DNA of 64,000 bases from an uncultured Candidatus Saccharibacteria bacterium (GCA_964611205.1 CAZSZB010000002.1:74609-138608); one strand, 5' to 3'; numbered from the stretch's first letter, positions 48,201-56,462 are shown. Numbers and translations are program-made. The notes: generated by a model not told the origin, from the sequence alone.

Positions 48201-49124
48201 GTGTACGATCTTATAATTATTGGTGGCGGTCCAGCCGGAACAGCAGCTGGAGTCTACGCCTCACGAAAGCAATTAAAAACATTATTCATCACTAAGGAAT
48301 GGGGTGGTCAAAGTACCGTCTCTCCTGATATTCAGAACTGGATCGGTACTCCTTCTATTTCTGGTACTGATTTAGCAAAGAGTTTAGAGAACCACTTACG
48401 TACTTATGCTGGTAATTTTGTTGAGATAAAAGAAAATGTCTTGGTAAAATCTGTAAGGAAAGAGGGTGATAAAATTTTTTCTGTTGAACTAGATTCTGGT
48501 GAAACTGCTGAAGCTAGTGCCGTGTTAATAGCGACAGGGTCAAAAAGGCGACGTTTGAGCATGGAAGGAGCTGACGAGTTTGAACATAAGGGTTTAACCT
48601 ATTGTGCTTCTTGCGATGGTCCTATGTTCTCAGGACAAAATGTGGCTGTTATCGGTGGTGGTAATGCGGCTTTTGAAACTGCTGCCCAACTACTCGCCTA
48701 TGCCAAAAGTGTTACTCTCCTACAACACAGTGATAAATATAAAGCAGATCCAGTAACTGTAAAGAAAGTATTGTCTCACGAAAACATGACTGGTCTACTT
48801 AATGCTGAAACTATCCGTATCACTGGCGACAAATTTGTGACCGGCCTAGATTACAAAGACCATACTGGAGCAGAGCAACACTTAGACGTAGCTGGTATAT
48901 TCGTAGAAATCGGTATGCTACCAAATACTGAATCAGTCGTAGGTACCGTAGAATTAGACGACTATAATAGAATAGTTATTGACCCTTGGACACAAAAAAC
49001 TTCTGTTCCAGGTATTTGGGCAGCTGGCGACTGTACTAATATTCATTATCACCAAAATAACATTTCTGCTGGTGATGGAGTAAGAGCTTTAGAGGATATT
49101 TATATTCACCTAAAAACTAAATAG
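48201..49124 (+). CDS. Thioredoxin reductase / AhpF-like FAD oxidoreductase
   Basis: GGGPAG, CASCDG, GGGNAA, AAGD; GTG 48201 preferred. Confidence 0.92.
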   Translation: MYDLIIIGGGPAGTAAGVYASRKQLKTLFITKEWGGQSTVSPDIQNWIGTPSISGTDLAKSLENHLRTYAGNFVEIKENVLVKSVRKEGDKIFSVELDSGETAEASAVLIATGSKRRRLSMEGADEFEHKGLTYCASCDGPMFSGQNVAVIGGGNAAFETAAQLLAYAKSVTLLQHSDKYKADPVTVKKVLSHENMTGLLNAETIRITGDKFVTGLDYKDHTGAEQHLDVAGIFVEIGMLPNTESVVGTVELDDYNRIVIDPWTQKTSVPGIWAAGDCTNIHYHQNNISAGDGVRALEDIYIHLKTK

Positions 49125-49266
49125 TAAAACTGTAACTCCAACGGCAAAAGTGCCGACAGTATGACTGAGTCATGCTGTCGGCACTTTTCTTTCCAAACCT
49201 GAGCAAATCAGTGGATAAACTCTGTATAACAGAGGTATAACTCAATGATAAAAACTGAATAAATGA

Positions 49267-50028
49267 TTATAAGACAAACAATGAACCGACATAGAAAGCT
49301 ATAAATGCCGCTACCCCACCAACCAGAATAACTTCGATCAATGATTTCCATAATTGAGTACCGACAATTTTCCACTTCATAAGGCCGAGCGCTACTAAGG
49401 CCAAGAATGTTCCGATAATAGAATATTTAAACATTTCTGATGAAGAAATGTCTTGAAGAAAAATAAAAGGTAACAAAGGTACCGAGCCAAAAACTAAAAA
49501 AGAAGAGAAGGTAGTAAAACCAGATAAAGCAGCTTTTTCTTCACGCACATCTGGCATACCGTGTTCATTATTCATCATAAAATCTACCCAGTAATCTTCA
49601 TTGGTCCGATAAATATTGGCCAGAGTTTCTGCTTGTTCGACACTAAAACCCTTATCTTTCATGATTATTACTGTTTCTAAGTATTCATTTTCTGGTTTGT
49701 TACGGATTTCTAGCTGTTCTTTAACTCTGGTAGCATTGTACAAATCCTTATCTGATCGAACTGACAAAAAATTTCCCAAACCCATCGAGACTCCATCAGC
49801 AAAAAGGTTTGCTAGGCCAAACAATAAAACAACGAGGAAGGAAAGCTGTGTGGTGGTTTCGTTAGAAAGAGCCGCTCCTGAGAAACCTGCTACCACTGCA
49901 AAAGTAGTTATTACTCCATCAATCCCTCCGTAAATAATTTCTTTAAAATAATCTGCTAAGTGTGAACGATTATGCTCTTTGACTATTTCGGCACTCGAAT
50001 TCTGATTATCATTAGTATTTATACTCAT
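49267..50028 (-). CDS. VIT1/CCC1 family metal transporter
   Basis: IYGGIDGVITTFAVVAG, ADGVSMGLG, GSVPLLPF. Confidence 0.92.
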   Translation of the reverse strand: MSINTNDNQNSSAEIVKEHNRSHLADYFKEIIYGGIDGVITTFAVVAGFSGAALSNETTTQLSFLVVLLFGLANLFADGVSMGLGNFLSVRSDKDLYNATRVKEQLEIRNKPENEYLETVIIMKDKGFSVEQAETLANIYRTNEDYWVDFMMNNEHGMPDVREEKAALSGFTTFSSFLVFGSVPLLPFIFLQDISSSEMFKYSIIGTFLALVALGLMKWKIVGTQLWKSLIEVILVGGVAAFIAFYVGSLFVL

Positions 50029-50129
50029 CTTCGAATTATAACAAGAATAGCTATTTCTTTGTAATAGGTTGATTCTGGGTATTTTTACTTTTCCCCAGAG
50101 GTCTGCTACTGTTAAGGTATTAACAGTTT

Positions 50130-50870
50130 ATGAATATGAATATGAAAACACTACTACTTACTATTGGTTTGATAGCAGTTTTGGGGATTGGTTACTGGTT
50201 TATCTTTATTAATAATGATGACACACCAAATGTCACTTATAATGAAGAAGCTTTCACATTCGTGTCTGACGACGATAGAGAATTCTCTGTTCGTTTCAGT
50301 GAGGATGGCGGTTATGCCAGACTAAATCTAAATGACCAGGAATACGATTTGCAAGTAGCAACCTCTGGTTCTGGTGCCAAGTACGCTAACAAAGATGAGT
50401 CTGTTATCTATTGGGAACACCAAGGGACAGCCATGGTAGAAATTAACGGTAACGAAATATTTTCTGGAGCTACCCTAAAGTCTAATGAGGCAGATAAGCG
50501 AGAGGAAGCTTCTACAAATCCTCTCTTTAACACCTCATGGCAATGGAAAGAAACTCTTTATAACAATGATGATGTGGTAAAACCTAATATACCAGACTCA
50601 TTTGTTTTAACCTTTGCTGAAGAAGATCGTTTCTCTGCTACTACCGACTGTAACAATATGTTCGGCAATTATGAAATAGTAAACAGCCAAATAAAATTTG
50701 GTCAAATTGCTTCTACTAAAATGGCTTGTCCTGATATAGAATCGCAAGAAATTGTCTTCGCTGAAATGCTAGAAGCAGCAGATGGTTATCTTATTACCGC
50801 CGAAGGTGACTTAGCACTAACCCTCAAGCTCGACACTGGAAGCATGATCTTCACTCCAGTAACTGAATAA
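50130..50870 (+). CDS. MliC-like + META domain membrane-anchored protein
   Basis: SGSGAKY...YWEHQG.A (MliC-like), then TDCNNMFG.Y...STKMAC (META). Confidence 0.8.
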   Translation: MNMNMKTLLLTIGLIAVLGIGYWFIFINNDDTPNVTYNEEAFTFVSDDDREFSVRFSEDGGYARLNLNDQEYDLQVATSGSGAKYANKDESVIYWEHQGTAMVEINGNEIFSGATLKSNEADKREEASTNPLFNTSWQWKETLYNNDDVVKPNIPDSFVLTFAEEDRFSATTDCNNMFGNYEIVNSQIKFGQIASTKMACPDIESQEIVFAEMLEAADGYLITAEGDLALTLKLDTGSMIFTPVTE

Positions 50871-50937
50871 AGAAAAGTGAGCATAAGAAAAACCGCCCCT
50901 AAAACGGGCGGTTTCTTGTTCGCGACATTGGCACTGG

Positions 50938-51303
50938 TTAAGCTGCTCGAAAATACTCATCTTCAGCTTCACCTTCTTGATAACCCATCTTCTCCCAGAA
51001 ACCTCGCGCTGTATCGAGTACGTTGCTGGCAATGACCTCAAGTCCATTATCATCCGCATATTCGTGAATAGCAGCAATAATCTGACGACCAAGGCCAGTA
51101 TTGCCACGCACATCTATGCTGCGGATTTGAAAGACATCGTCTTCCAAGGTAAAGGTGAGAGTAAAACCATCAGCCTCTACCTCATACGTACCTTCTACGT
51201 ATTCAACTGGTAGGTATTCTCCAGTTCTTTCAGAAAGCTCGTTTATAAACTCGCGGAGTTCTTCGTGCATTATCTCTGCCTGCCCTGATTCATATCCTTC
51301 CAT
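50938..51303 (-). CDS. GNAT-like acetyltransferase
   Basis: RGNTGLGRQII and ARGFWEKMGY. Confidence 0.7.
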   Translation of the reverse strand: MEGYESGQAEIMHEELREFINELSERTGEYLPVEYVEGTYEVEADGFTLTFTLEDDVFQIRSIDVRGNTGLGRQIIAAIHEYADDNGLEVIASNVLDTARGFWEKMGYQEGEAEDEYFRAA

Positions 51304-51338
51304 GCGGAAGAATATAACATAAAATTACCTTTTGGTAA

Positions 51339-51608
51339 CTATTTCTTCTTTTCTAAGTTACGATGCGGACAGCCCGGCCAGCAACAAGGACGCTTTTTAC
51401 CTTTACGTAAATCCTCACACAACCTAGTGAGATGCTTTTCTCTAGTCTCTGCTTTCTTTACAATTGTCACCCAACAAATCCACTCGTTGCGGGCCAAAGG
51501 TGTTAAATTATTCCACAGTTCCAGAATATCAAGGTTAGCTTGAAGTAATAAGCGCAAATCTTTAGGCACTATATGGACTACACCTGATTTGATTATCTTT
51601 TTGGTCAT
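51339..51608 (-). CDS. YdeI/OmpD-associated family protein
   Basis: VP.DL...L, W..LTPLARNEWICWV...KK.ETR, RPCCWPGC.H. Confidence 0.85.
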   Translation of the reverse strand: MTKKIIKSGVVHIVPKDLRLLLQANLDILELWNNLTPLARNEWICWVTIVKKAETREKHLTRLCEDLRKGKKRPCCWPGCPHRNLEKKK

Positions 51609-51648
51609 TGTAATAAGTTTAGCAAATCAATTTTATTTACAATATAAA

Positions 51649-51671
51649 AACCTTTCATTCGAATGAAAGAT
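51649..51671. repeat. Dispersed palindrome CTTTCATTCGAATGAAAG, copy 2
   Basis: 18-bp perfect palindrome; matches 28547-28569. Confidence 0.85.
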
Positions 51672-51765
51672 TTTTAGTCAAAAAGTTAATTCTGTTGTCT
51701 TTCAGTATTTATTTTTGTTTAAAAAATATTAAAAAGGTCAAAAGTTCCTAAGCAAAGAGAGAAAT

Positions 51766-51976
51766 CGTCCCCGAAGTTCTAAGTACTTTAGTTCATTTCA
51801 TTCCTAAAGATACTAAGACTTCTGGACGGCGGCTCGTATTTCTCACAGGCTCGAAATATACTGCGCCGCTTCGATTCCCCGCCGCAGGCAACACAAGTTG
51901 CCTGCTTGGGATCACAGCGAGATATACAAACAAAAACAACAGCTTGCGCTGTTGTTTTTGTGTATATCTTACGCTG
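51766..51976. repeat. Hairpin array with interrupted inverted 3' end of tRNA-Glu
   Basis: ttcgattccccg[25-nt hairpin]tgggatcacagcg at 51870-51919 is the inverse of the tRNA 3' end and trailer. Confidence 0.9.
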
Positions 51977-52048
51977 TGATCCCACGGGGAATCGAACCCC
52001 GATTTCCAGGATGAAAACCTGACGTCCTAACCGTTAGACGATGGGACC
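51977..52048 (-). tRNA. tRNA-Glu(TTC)
   Basis: Minus strand: ggtccca/tgggatc, tcagg-TTTTCAT-cctgg, GGTTCGATTCC. Confidence 0.96.
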
Positions 52049-52194
52049 AAAATGGTCATAATTGTTACAGGTTCGATTCAAGAATCGGCCACTAGTCACT
52101 AAGTATAATTGTTCACTTCATTCCAATTTTACTAAGTGCTTGCGGTCCCATCTCGCTGTCGTGCTCGTTACCTGCGCGCGACATGCTTCGACCC

Positions 52195-52310
52195 TGAAAT
52201 CTGTACACAAGCAAAGCAGTTTGCTTGTTACAATGCTATAGCATTGTACAGATTTCAGCCCCGATTTCCAGGATGAACACTTCCGTCCGTGCCCGCTAGA
52301 CGATGGAACC
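52195..52310 (-). pseudogene. Degenerate 5' two-thirds of tRNA-Glu ending in a branched hairpin at the T-loop
   Basis: 52259-52277 is identical to 51997-52015; diverged D/anticodon arm to 52310; ctgaaatctgtaca...tgtacagatttcag hairpin replaces the T-loop. Confidence 0.85.
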
Positions 52311-52441
52311 AAATTTTTAGGAAGCGTTGGCGACCATAAAAATGGAAATACTCCGTTAGTAGATCTAAACACAACCCGCTTACAGATAACCGCAAACGTG
52401 GCCAAAATAATACCAAAAAAACCAGAAATTGCCAGTCCAAA

Positions 52442-52621
52442 CTAATCTTTCCAGTCTTCTATGATTAGTTTCTCTCCCCTCTTGGTTACTACTACTTTTT
52501 GTTTATTTCGCCATCGCAATTCTCGCACTAGCTCAATCGGTAAGGTGACAGAAATACTGTTACCTCGTCCGGTCTTGGTGAGCTTTCTAATATTACGATT
52601 TTCTAACTTTCTTCTTGCCAT
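52442..52621 (-). CDS. AbrB/MazE/SpoVT-like DNA-binding protein (59 aa, not in ORF track)
   Basis: MARRKLENRNIRKLTKTGRGNSISVTLPIELVRELRWRNKQKVVVTKRGEKLIIEDWKD*. Confidence 0.85.
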   Translation of the reverse strand: MARRKLENRNIRKLTKTGRGNSISVTLPIELVRELRWRNKQKVVVTKRGEKLIIEDWKD

Positions 52622-52633
52622 ACTTGTACATTA

Positions 52634-52671
52634 TAACTCTTGGATTAACTCCGGAGTTAATCCAAGAGTTA
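52634..52671. promoter_or_regulatory. 38-bp perfect palindrome overlapping the -10 of the AbrB-like gene (candidate operator)
   Basis: taactcttggattaactcc|ggagttaatccaagagtta; TATAAT on minus strand at ~52630-52635. Confidence 0.7.
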
Positions 52672-52672
52672 A

Positions 52673-53296
52673 TTACTGACAGCTCCACAAACCTATACCA
52701 TTTTCTTTAGCCAGACTTTCAGACTGTTGATAAACTGGCTGCCGACCATAAGCTATTCCTTTAAAAGTATATTCCTTAGCATAACCACCTTCTATCATAA
52801 CCTGACCAAAATCCGCACCATCAGCTAATTGAACATAAGCTAATAATCTACCATAGGCATCAAATGTGTCTTGAGTAGAATCAGTCAATAAGGTGACAGA
52901 TGAACCAGAAAGGAGTTTCTTAGCCTGAGCAGTAGCTTCTGCACTGTAACATTCTGCCCCAGAATCAGATTTCTCTGGAGTATCTATCCCTAACACCCGG
53001 ATGGTAAACATTTCTGTACCATCACCAGCGTTGAAAGTATCACCGTCGATCACATTATCGACGACGTAAGTACCTACTACCTGTCCAACTTTTATTAGAG
53101 AATGCTCCTCGTCTTTACTATCTTCCGCAGCAGATTCATTATCTATCATCATTTCTGACGAAGAATCATCGGTTACATTATTTTCGTCCTTATCATTTGT
53201 TTGATTTAATAACAAATAACTCCAACTAGCCACAGAAAAGACTGCGACTAATAACATTATTAGAATAATTCTTTTCATAGGTTTATTGTACAACAA
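52673..53296 (-). CDS. Thermonuclease (SNase) family, membrane-anchored
   Basis: VIDGDT, IRVLGIDTPE, DAYGRLLAYV, GIGLW. Confidence 0.92.
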   Translation of the reverse strand: MLYNKPMKRIILIMLLVAVFSVASWSYLLLNQTNDKDENNVTDDSSSEMMIDNESAAEDSKDEEHSLIKVGQVVGTYVVDNVIDGDTFNAGDGTEMFTIRVLGIDTPEKSDSGAECYSAEATAQAKKLLSGSSVTLLTDSTQDTFDAYGRLLAYVQLADGADFGQVMIEGGYAKEYTFKGIAYGRQPVYQQSESLAKENGIGLWSCQ

Positions 53297-53386
53297 ATAA
53301 TCGAGCTAAGCTTATGCTAATATGATTTTATCGCTAAGGTTTTGTTTAGGTTAATCATTCTTTAACTATCTAAAAAAGATAAAATT

Positions 53387-53728
53387 ATGATAAAAGTGAA
53401 ACGTATTTACGAAGATCCAGCCACTACTGACGGACAAAGAATCCTGGTTGACCGATTGTGGCCGCGTGGTATTAAAAAGGAAACGGCAAAAATCGATCTG
53501 TGGGCCAAAGACCTAACCCCACCACACGAACTTATCAGCTGGTTTCATGAAGACAAAGATAATAGATTTAAAGAATTTGAAAAGAAATATCGAACATATT
53601 TGAAAGACAACAAAAACAAAGCCTCAGACATCATAGATAAAAGAAAAAAAATTACTCTTGTTACCGCTGTTAAGGATAGAGACCACTCTCACATCCCCAC
53701 TCTCTTAAAATTCCTACAATCCTTGTAA
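53387..53728 (+). CDS. DUF488 (YeaO-like) protein
   Basis: KRIYE....DG.RILVDRLWPRGIKK. Confidence 0.9.
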   Translation: MIKVKRIYEDPATTDGQRILVDRLWPRGIKKETAKIDLWAKDLTPPHELISWFHEDKDNRFKEFEKKYRTYLKDNKNKASDIIDKRKKITLVTAVKDRDHSHIPTLLKFLQSL

Positions 53729-53741
53729 CCACTCCTCCCAC

Positions 53742-53831
53742 TATTCCTTAGTCAGACTAAGGTATAAACAAAAAGGTTTAATAATGGCCATATTGTATTA
53801 ACAAATATTCCTTAGTCTGACTAAGGAATAT
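53742..53831. repeat. REP-like doublet of palindrome ATTCCTTAGTC-W-GACTAAGG
   Basis: Copies at 53742-53766 (centre A) and 53805-53831 (centre T, 13-bp perfect arms). Confidence 0.9.
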
Positions 53832-53850
53832 AAATTTTGCTTGAGATTAT

Positions 53851-55665
53851 CTACTCCACCGTCACACTTTTAGCAAGGTTGCGGGGTCGGTCAACATTCA
53901 AACCCTTCTCTACTCCTATATAATAGGCTAATAAGTGTAGCGGGATAGTTGAAACAATTGGCTGCAGTATAGGGTGAACCTTCGGTAGATAAATAACATC
54001 ATCTGCCAGCTTATTTATCATACTGTCTCCCTCGGTTGCTAAGGCCAATACCGGAGCCTGACGAGCCTTCACCTCCTCTATGTTGGAGATCATTTTTTCA
54101 TAAACGTCGTCTTGGGGAGCTAGAGCTATAACAGCAAAATCTTTATCCAACATAGCGATGGGTCCGTGCTTAAGCTCACCACCAGCATAGGCTTCGGCAT
54201 GGATGTATGTCACCTCTTTAAGTTTTAAAGAACCTTCAGCGGCCACCGGTTTGTGTAGTTTCCGTCCGATAAATATTGCGTTACTAAAACCAGCGTATTT
54301 TTTAGCAACATTCTCAATATGACTACTGTCGGCCAGCATTTGTGTCAAAACCTCCGGCAAAGTTTCTAACCCTTCTATTATTTCCTGTCCTTCTTCTTTG
54401 CTTAGACCCCGTTTACGACCTATCAAAACCGACAACATAACCATTACAGTTAATTGCGAAATGAAAGCTTTGGTCGAAGCCACTGCTATCTCTGGCCGGG
54501 CGTGATTATAGACTCCTGCTTCTGTTTCTCGCGCAATGGTCGAACCAACTGTATTTACAACACCCAGTGTCAAAAGACCCATTTTTTTACCCTCTCGCAC
54601 CGAGGCAAGTGTATCGGCTGTCTCACCAGATTGCGAGATAGCCAAAAGAGCACCGTTTTTTTCTTTATGTTTTTTCTTGTAACGATACTCACTAGCCAAC
54701 TCCACTTCTATCGGTAACTTGGCGTATTCTTCTAACATATAGCGACCAACTTCCCCTGCATAAAAAGCCGAGCCGCAGCCGACTATTTGCAAACGATCGA
54801 TTGCTAACAATTTATCAAGTACAGTTTCTAGTCCTCCTAACTTAACCTTACCTTCACTGGCAACTAATCGTCCCCGAATTGTGTTCTTGATGACTTCCGG
54901 CGCTTCATGGATTTCTTTGAGCATAAAGTGCTCAAAACCTTGCTTCTGGACAGCTTCGACATCCCATTCAATAGTCTCTGGTAACTTGTTGTTATTTTCA
55001 CCATTTTCAGAGATTATCTCGTAACCATCTTTGTTTATTATCGCCATCTCTCCATCGTCTAAGTAAATAACTTCCTTCGTATGTATTAGCAAAGATGACG
55101 GGTCAGACGAAACAAAATAGCCGTCAGAACTAACACCCAACACTATCGGACTCCCCATTCGAGCCACTACTATTTCTTGAGGATTAGCTTCACTCATAAC
55201 AGCCAAACCATAAGTGCCTCGAACTAGCTCTAATGCCTTACTTACAGCTTCTTTAAGATCATTTAAATATAAGGAACCTATTAGCTTTGCCAACACTTCT
55301 GTATCAGTATCACTTTCAAAGCTATGACCTTGGGTTTTTAAATCAGCTTTTAATTCTTGGTAGTTTTCAACGATTCCGTTATGGACCAACCAAATCTGGC
55401 CAGCGGAGTCGTGATGAGGATGGGCATTTGTTTCTGTTGGTGCGCCATGAGTAGCCCAACGCGTATGCGAAATACCTGAATTCCCAACAATTTCTTCTTT
55501 AATCAGAGCGACCAAATTATCTACTGGACCGGTTGCCTTGATTGCGCCCCAGTGTGGTACGTATATTCCGGCTGAATCATAACCTCTATATTCTAGGGTT
55601 CGCAGGCCTTCTAAAAGAATTGGAACTGCTTGTTTTTCGCCAACGTAACCAAAAATTCCACACAT
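53851..55665 (-). CDS. glmS: Glutamine--fructose-6-phosphate aminotransferase
   Basis: MCGIFG, LEYRGYDSAG, HTRWATHG, SQSGETADT, PRNLAKSVTVE. Confidence 0.98.
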   Translation of the reverse strand: MCGIFGYVGEKQAVPILLEGLRTLEYRGYDSAGIYVPHWGAIKATGPVDNLVALIKEEIVGNSGISHTRWATHGAPTETNAHPHHDSAGQIWLVHNGIVENYQELKADLKTQGHSFESDTDTEVLAKLIGSLYLNDLKEAVSKALELVRGTYGLAVMSEANPQEIVVARMGSPIVLGVSSDGYFVSSDPSSLLIHTKEVIYLDDGEMAIINKDGYEIISENGENNNKLPETIEWDVEAVQKQGFEHFMLKEIHEAPEVIKNTIRGRLVASEGKVKLGGLETVLDKLLAIDRLQIVGCGSAFYAGEVGRYMLEEYAKLPIEVELASEYRYKKKHKEKNGALLAISQSGETADTLASVREGKKMGLLTLGVVNTVGSTIARETEAGVYNHARPEIAVASTKAFISQLTVMVMLSVLIGRKRGLSKEEGQEIIEGLETLPEVLTQMLADSSHIENVAKKYAGFSNAIFIGRKLHKPVAAEGSLKLKEVTYIHAEAYAGGELKHGPIAMLDKDFAVIALAPQDDVYEKMISNIEEVKARQAPVLALATEGDSMINKLADDVIYLPKVHPILQPIVSTIPLHLLAYYIGVEKGLNVDRPRNLAKSVTVE

Positions 55666-55799
55666 AGAGTTTTATCTTATTAAATAGTATACTTTTTAAA
55701 ACTAAAGCTAATCGAAATAAGTTGCTTCACCATCTCAAGTTAGAGACCAGGTCTCTAACTTTAAATAGAGTTGCTTAATTTGTATATTTGTTGCATAAT

Positions 55800-56214
55800 G
55801 TTGCTGGTCTGATAGAGACGATTGCGCTACCTTTTGGTAGTGAGGAAAGTCCGAACACAGGCATGATTTATCATGCAGACAGGTAGCGGGTAACCCCCGT
55901 CGTGAGTAATCACCGAGGTGCGAACAGAAACGGCCAATGCGAAAGCAAAGGACATCCATTTATGGATGAGGTCTTGGGTAACCAAGAAATGAAACGGCTA
56001 AATCCTTACCCCTGTGCAAGGCCGTGCCCAGCCGTACTTTTTGCATATACAAACGAAAACATCAAATTCACCTTGTGTGTTAGAGATAGATTCCATTATG
56101 GTATGCAAAAAGTACGGCTGGGAGAGCCGCTCGAGCTAGTTGGTAACAACTAGCCTAGATAAATAATCGTCATCGCTCTGCGAAACAGAATTCGGCTTAC
56201 TATATCAGTCCAAC
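55800..56214 (+). ncRNA. rnpB: RNase P RNA
   Basis: GAGGAAAGTCCGAAC and ACAGAATTCGGCTTA P4 halves, GCAAG, P18 gctagttg-gtaa-caactagc, closing P1; terminator at 56215-56254. Confidence 0.95.
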
Positions 56215-56294
56215 AAAATGACCCGACTCGCCTTACGGCGAGTCGGGTCATTTTATATCTCATTTATCACCTAAGTGATAAATAAAAAGTATTA

Positions 56295-56462
56295 TTACAG
56301 AGATGTATTAATATCTTCTTCATCAGATACTTCTACAGTTCCCATATCATCTACCACTACTGGTTCCTCAGATGAAGTAGCCGGTGTCTCACCCATATCA
56401 ACTGAGCTCATCGGCATATCTGAAACCTCTTCCTTTTTCTTACCAAAAAGTCCGAAAAACAT
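56295..56462 (-). CDS. Small acidic protein (55 aa, not in ORF track)
   Basis: MFFGLFGKKKEEVSDMPMSSVDMGETPATSSEEPVVVDDMGTVEVSDEEDINTSL*. Confidence 0.55.
   Translation of the reverse strand: MFFGLFGKKKEEVSDMPMSSVDMGETPATSSEEPVVVDDMGTVEVSDEEDINTSL

Noticed and set aside
52259-52310. Second functional tRNA-Glu
   Set aside because: The anticodon stem is broken and the T-loop and 3' acceptor strand are missing.
13215-52440. Short ORFs over tRNAs and arrays (e.g. 13215, 14431-15008, 29123-29576, 29902, 51788, 52118, 52255)
   Set aside because: They overlap tRNA genes or hairpin repeats and show no recognisable protein motifs; treated as spurious.
55666-55799. glmS ribozyme upstream of glmS
   Set aside because: No ribozyme core consensus was seen; the gap is short and the adjacent structured RNA is the divergent rnpB.
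55735-56153. ORFs 55735-55959 and 55902-56153
   Set aside because: They overlap the RNase P RNA gene.
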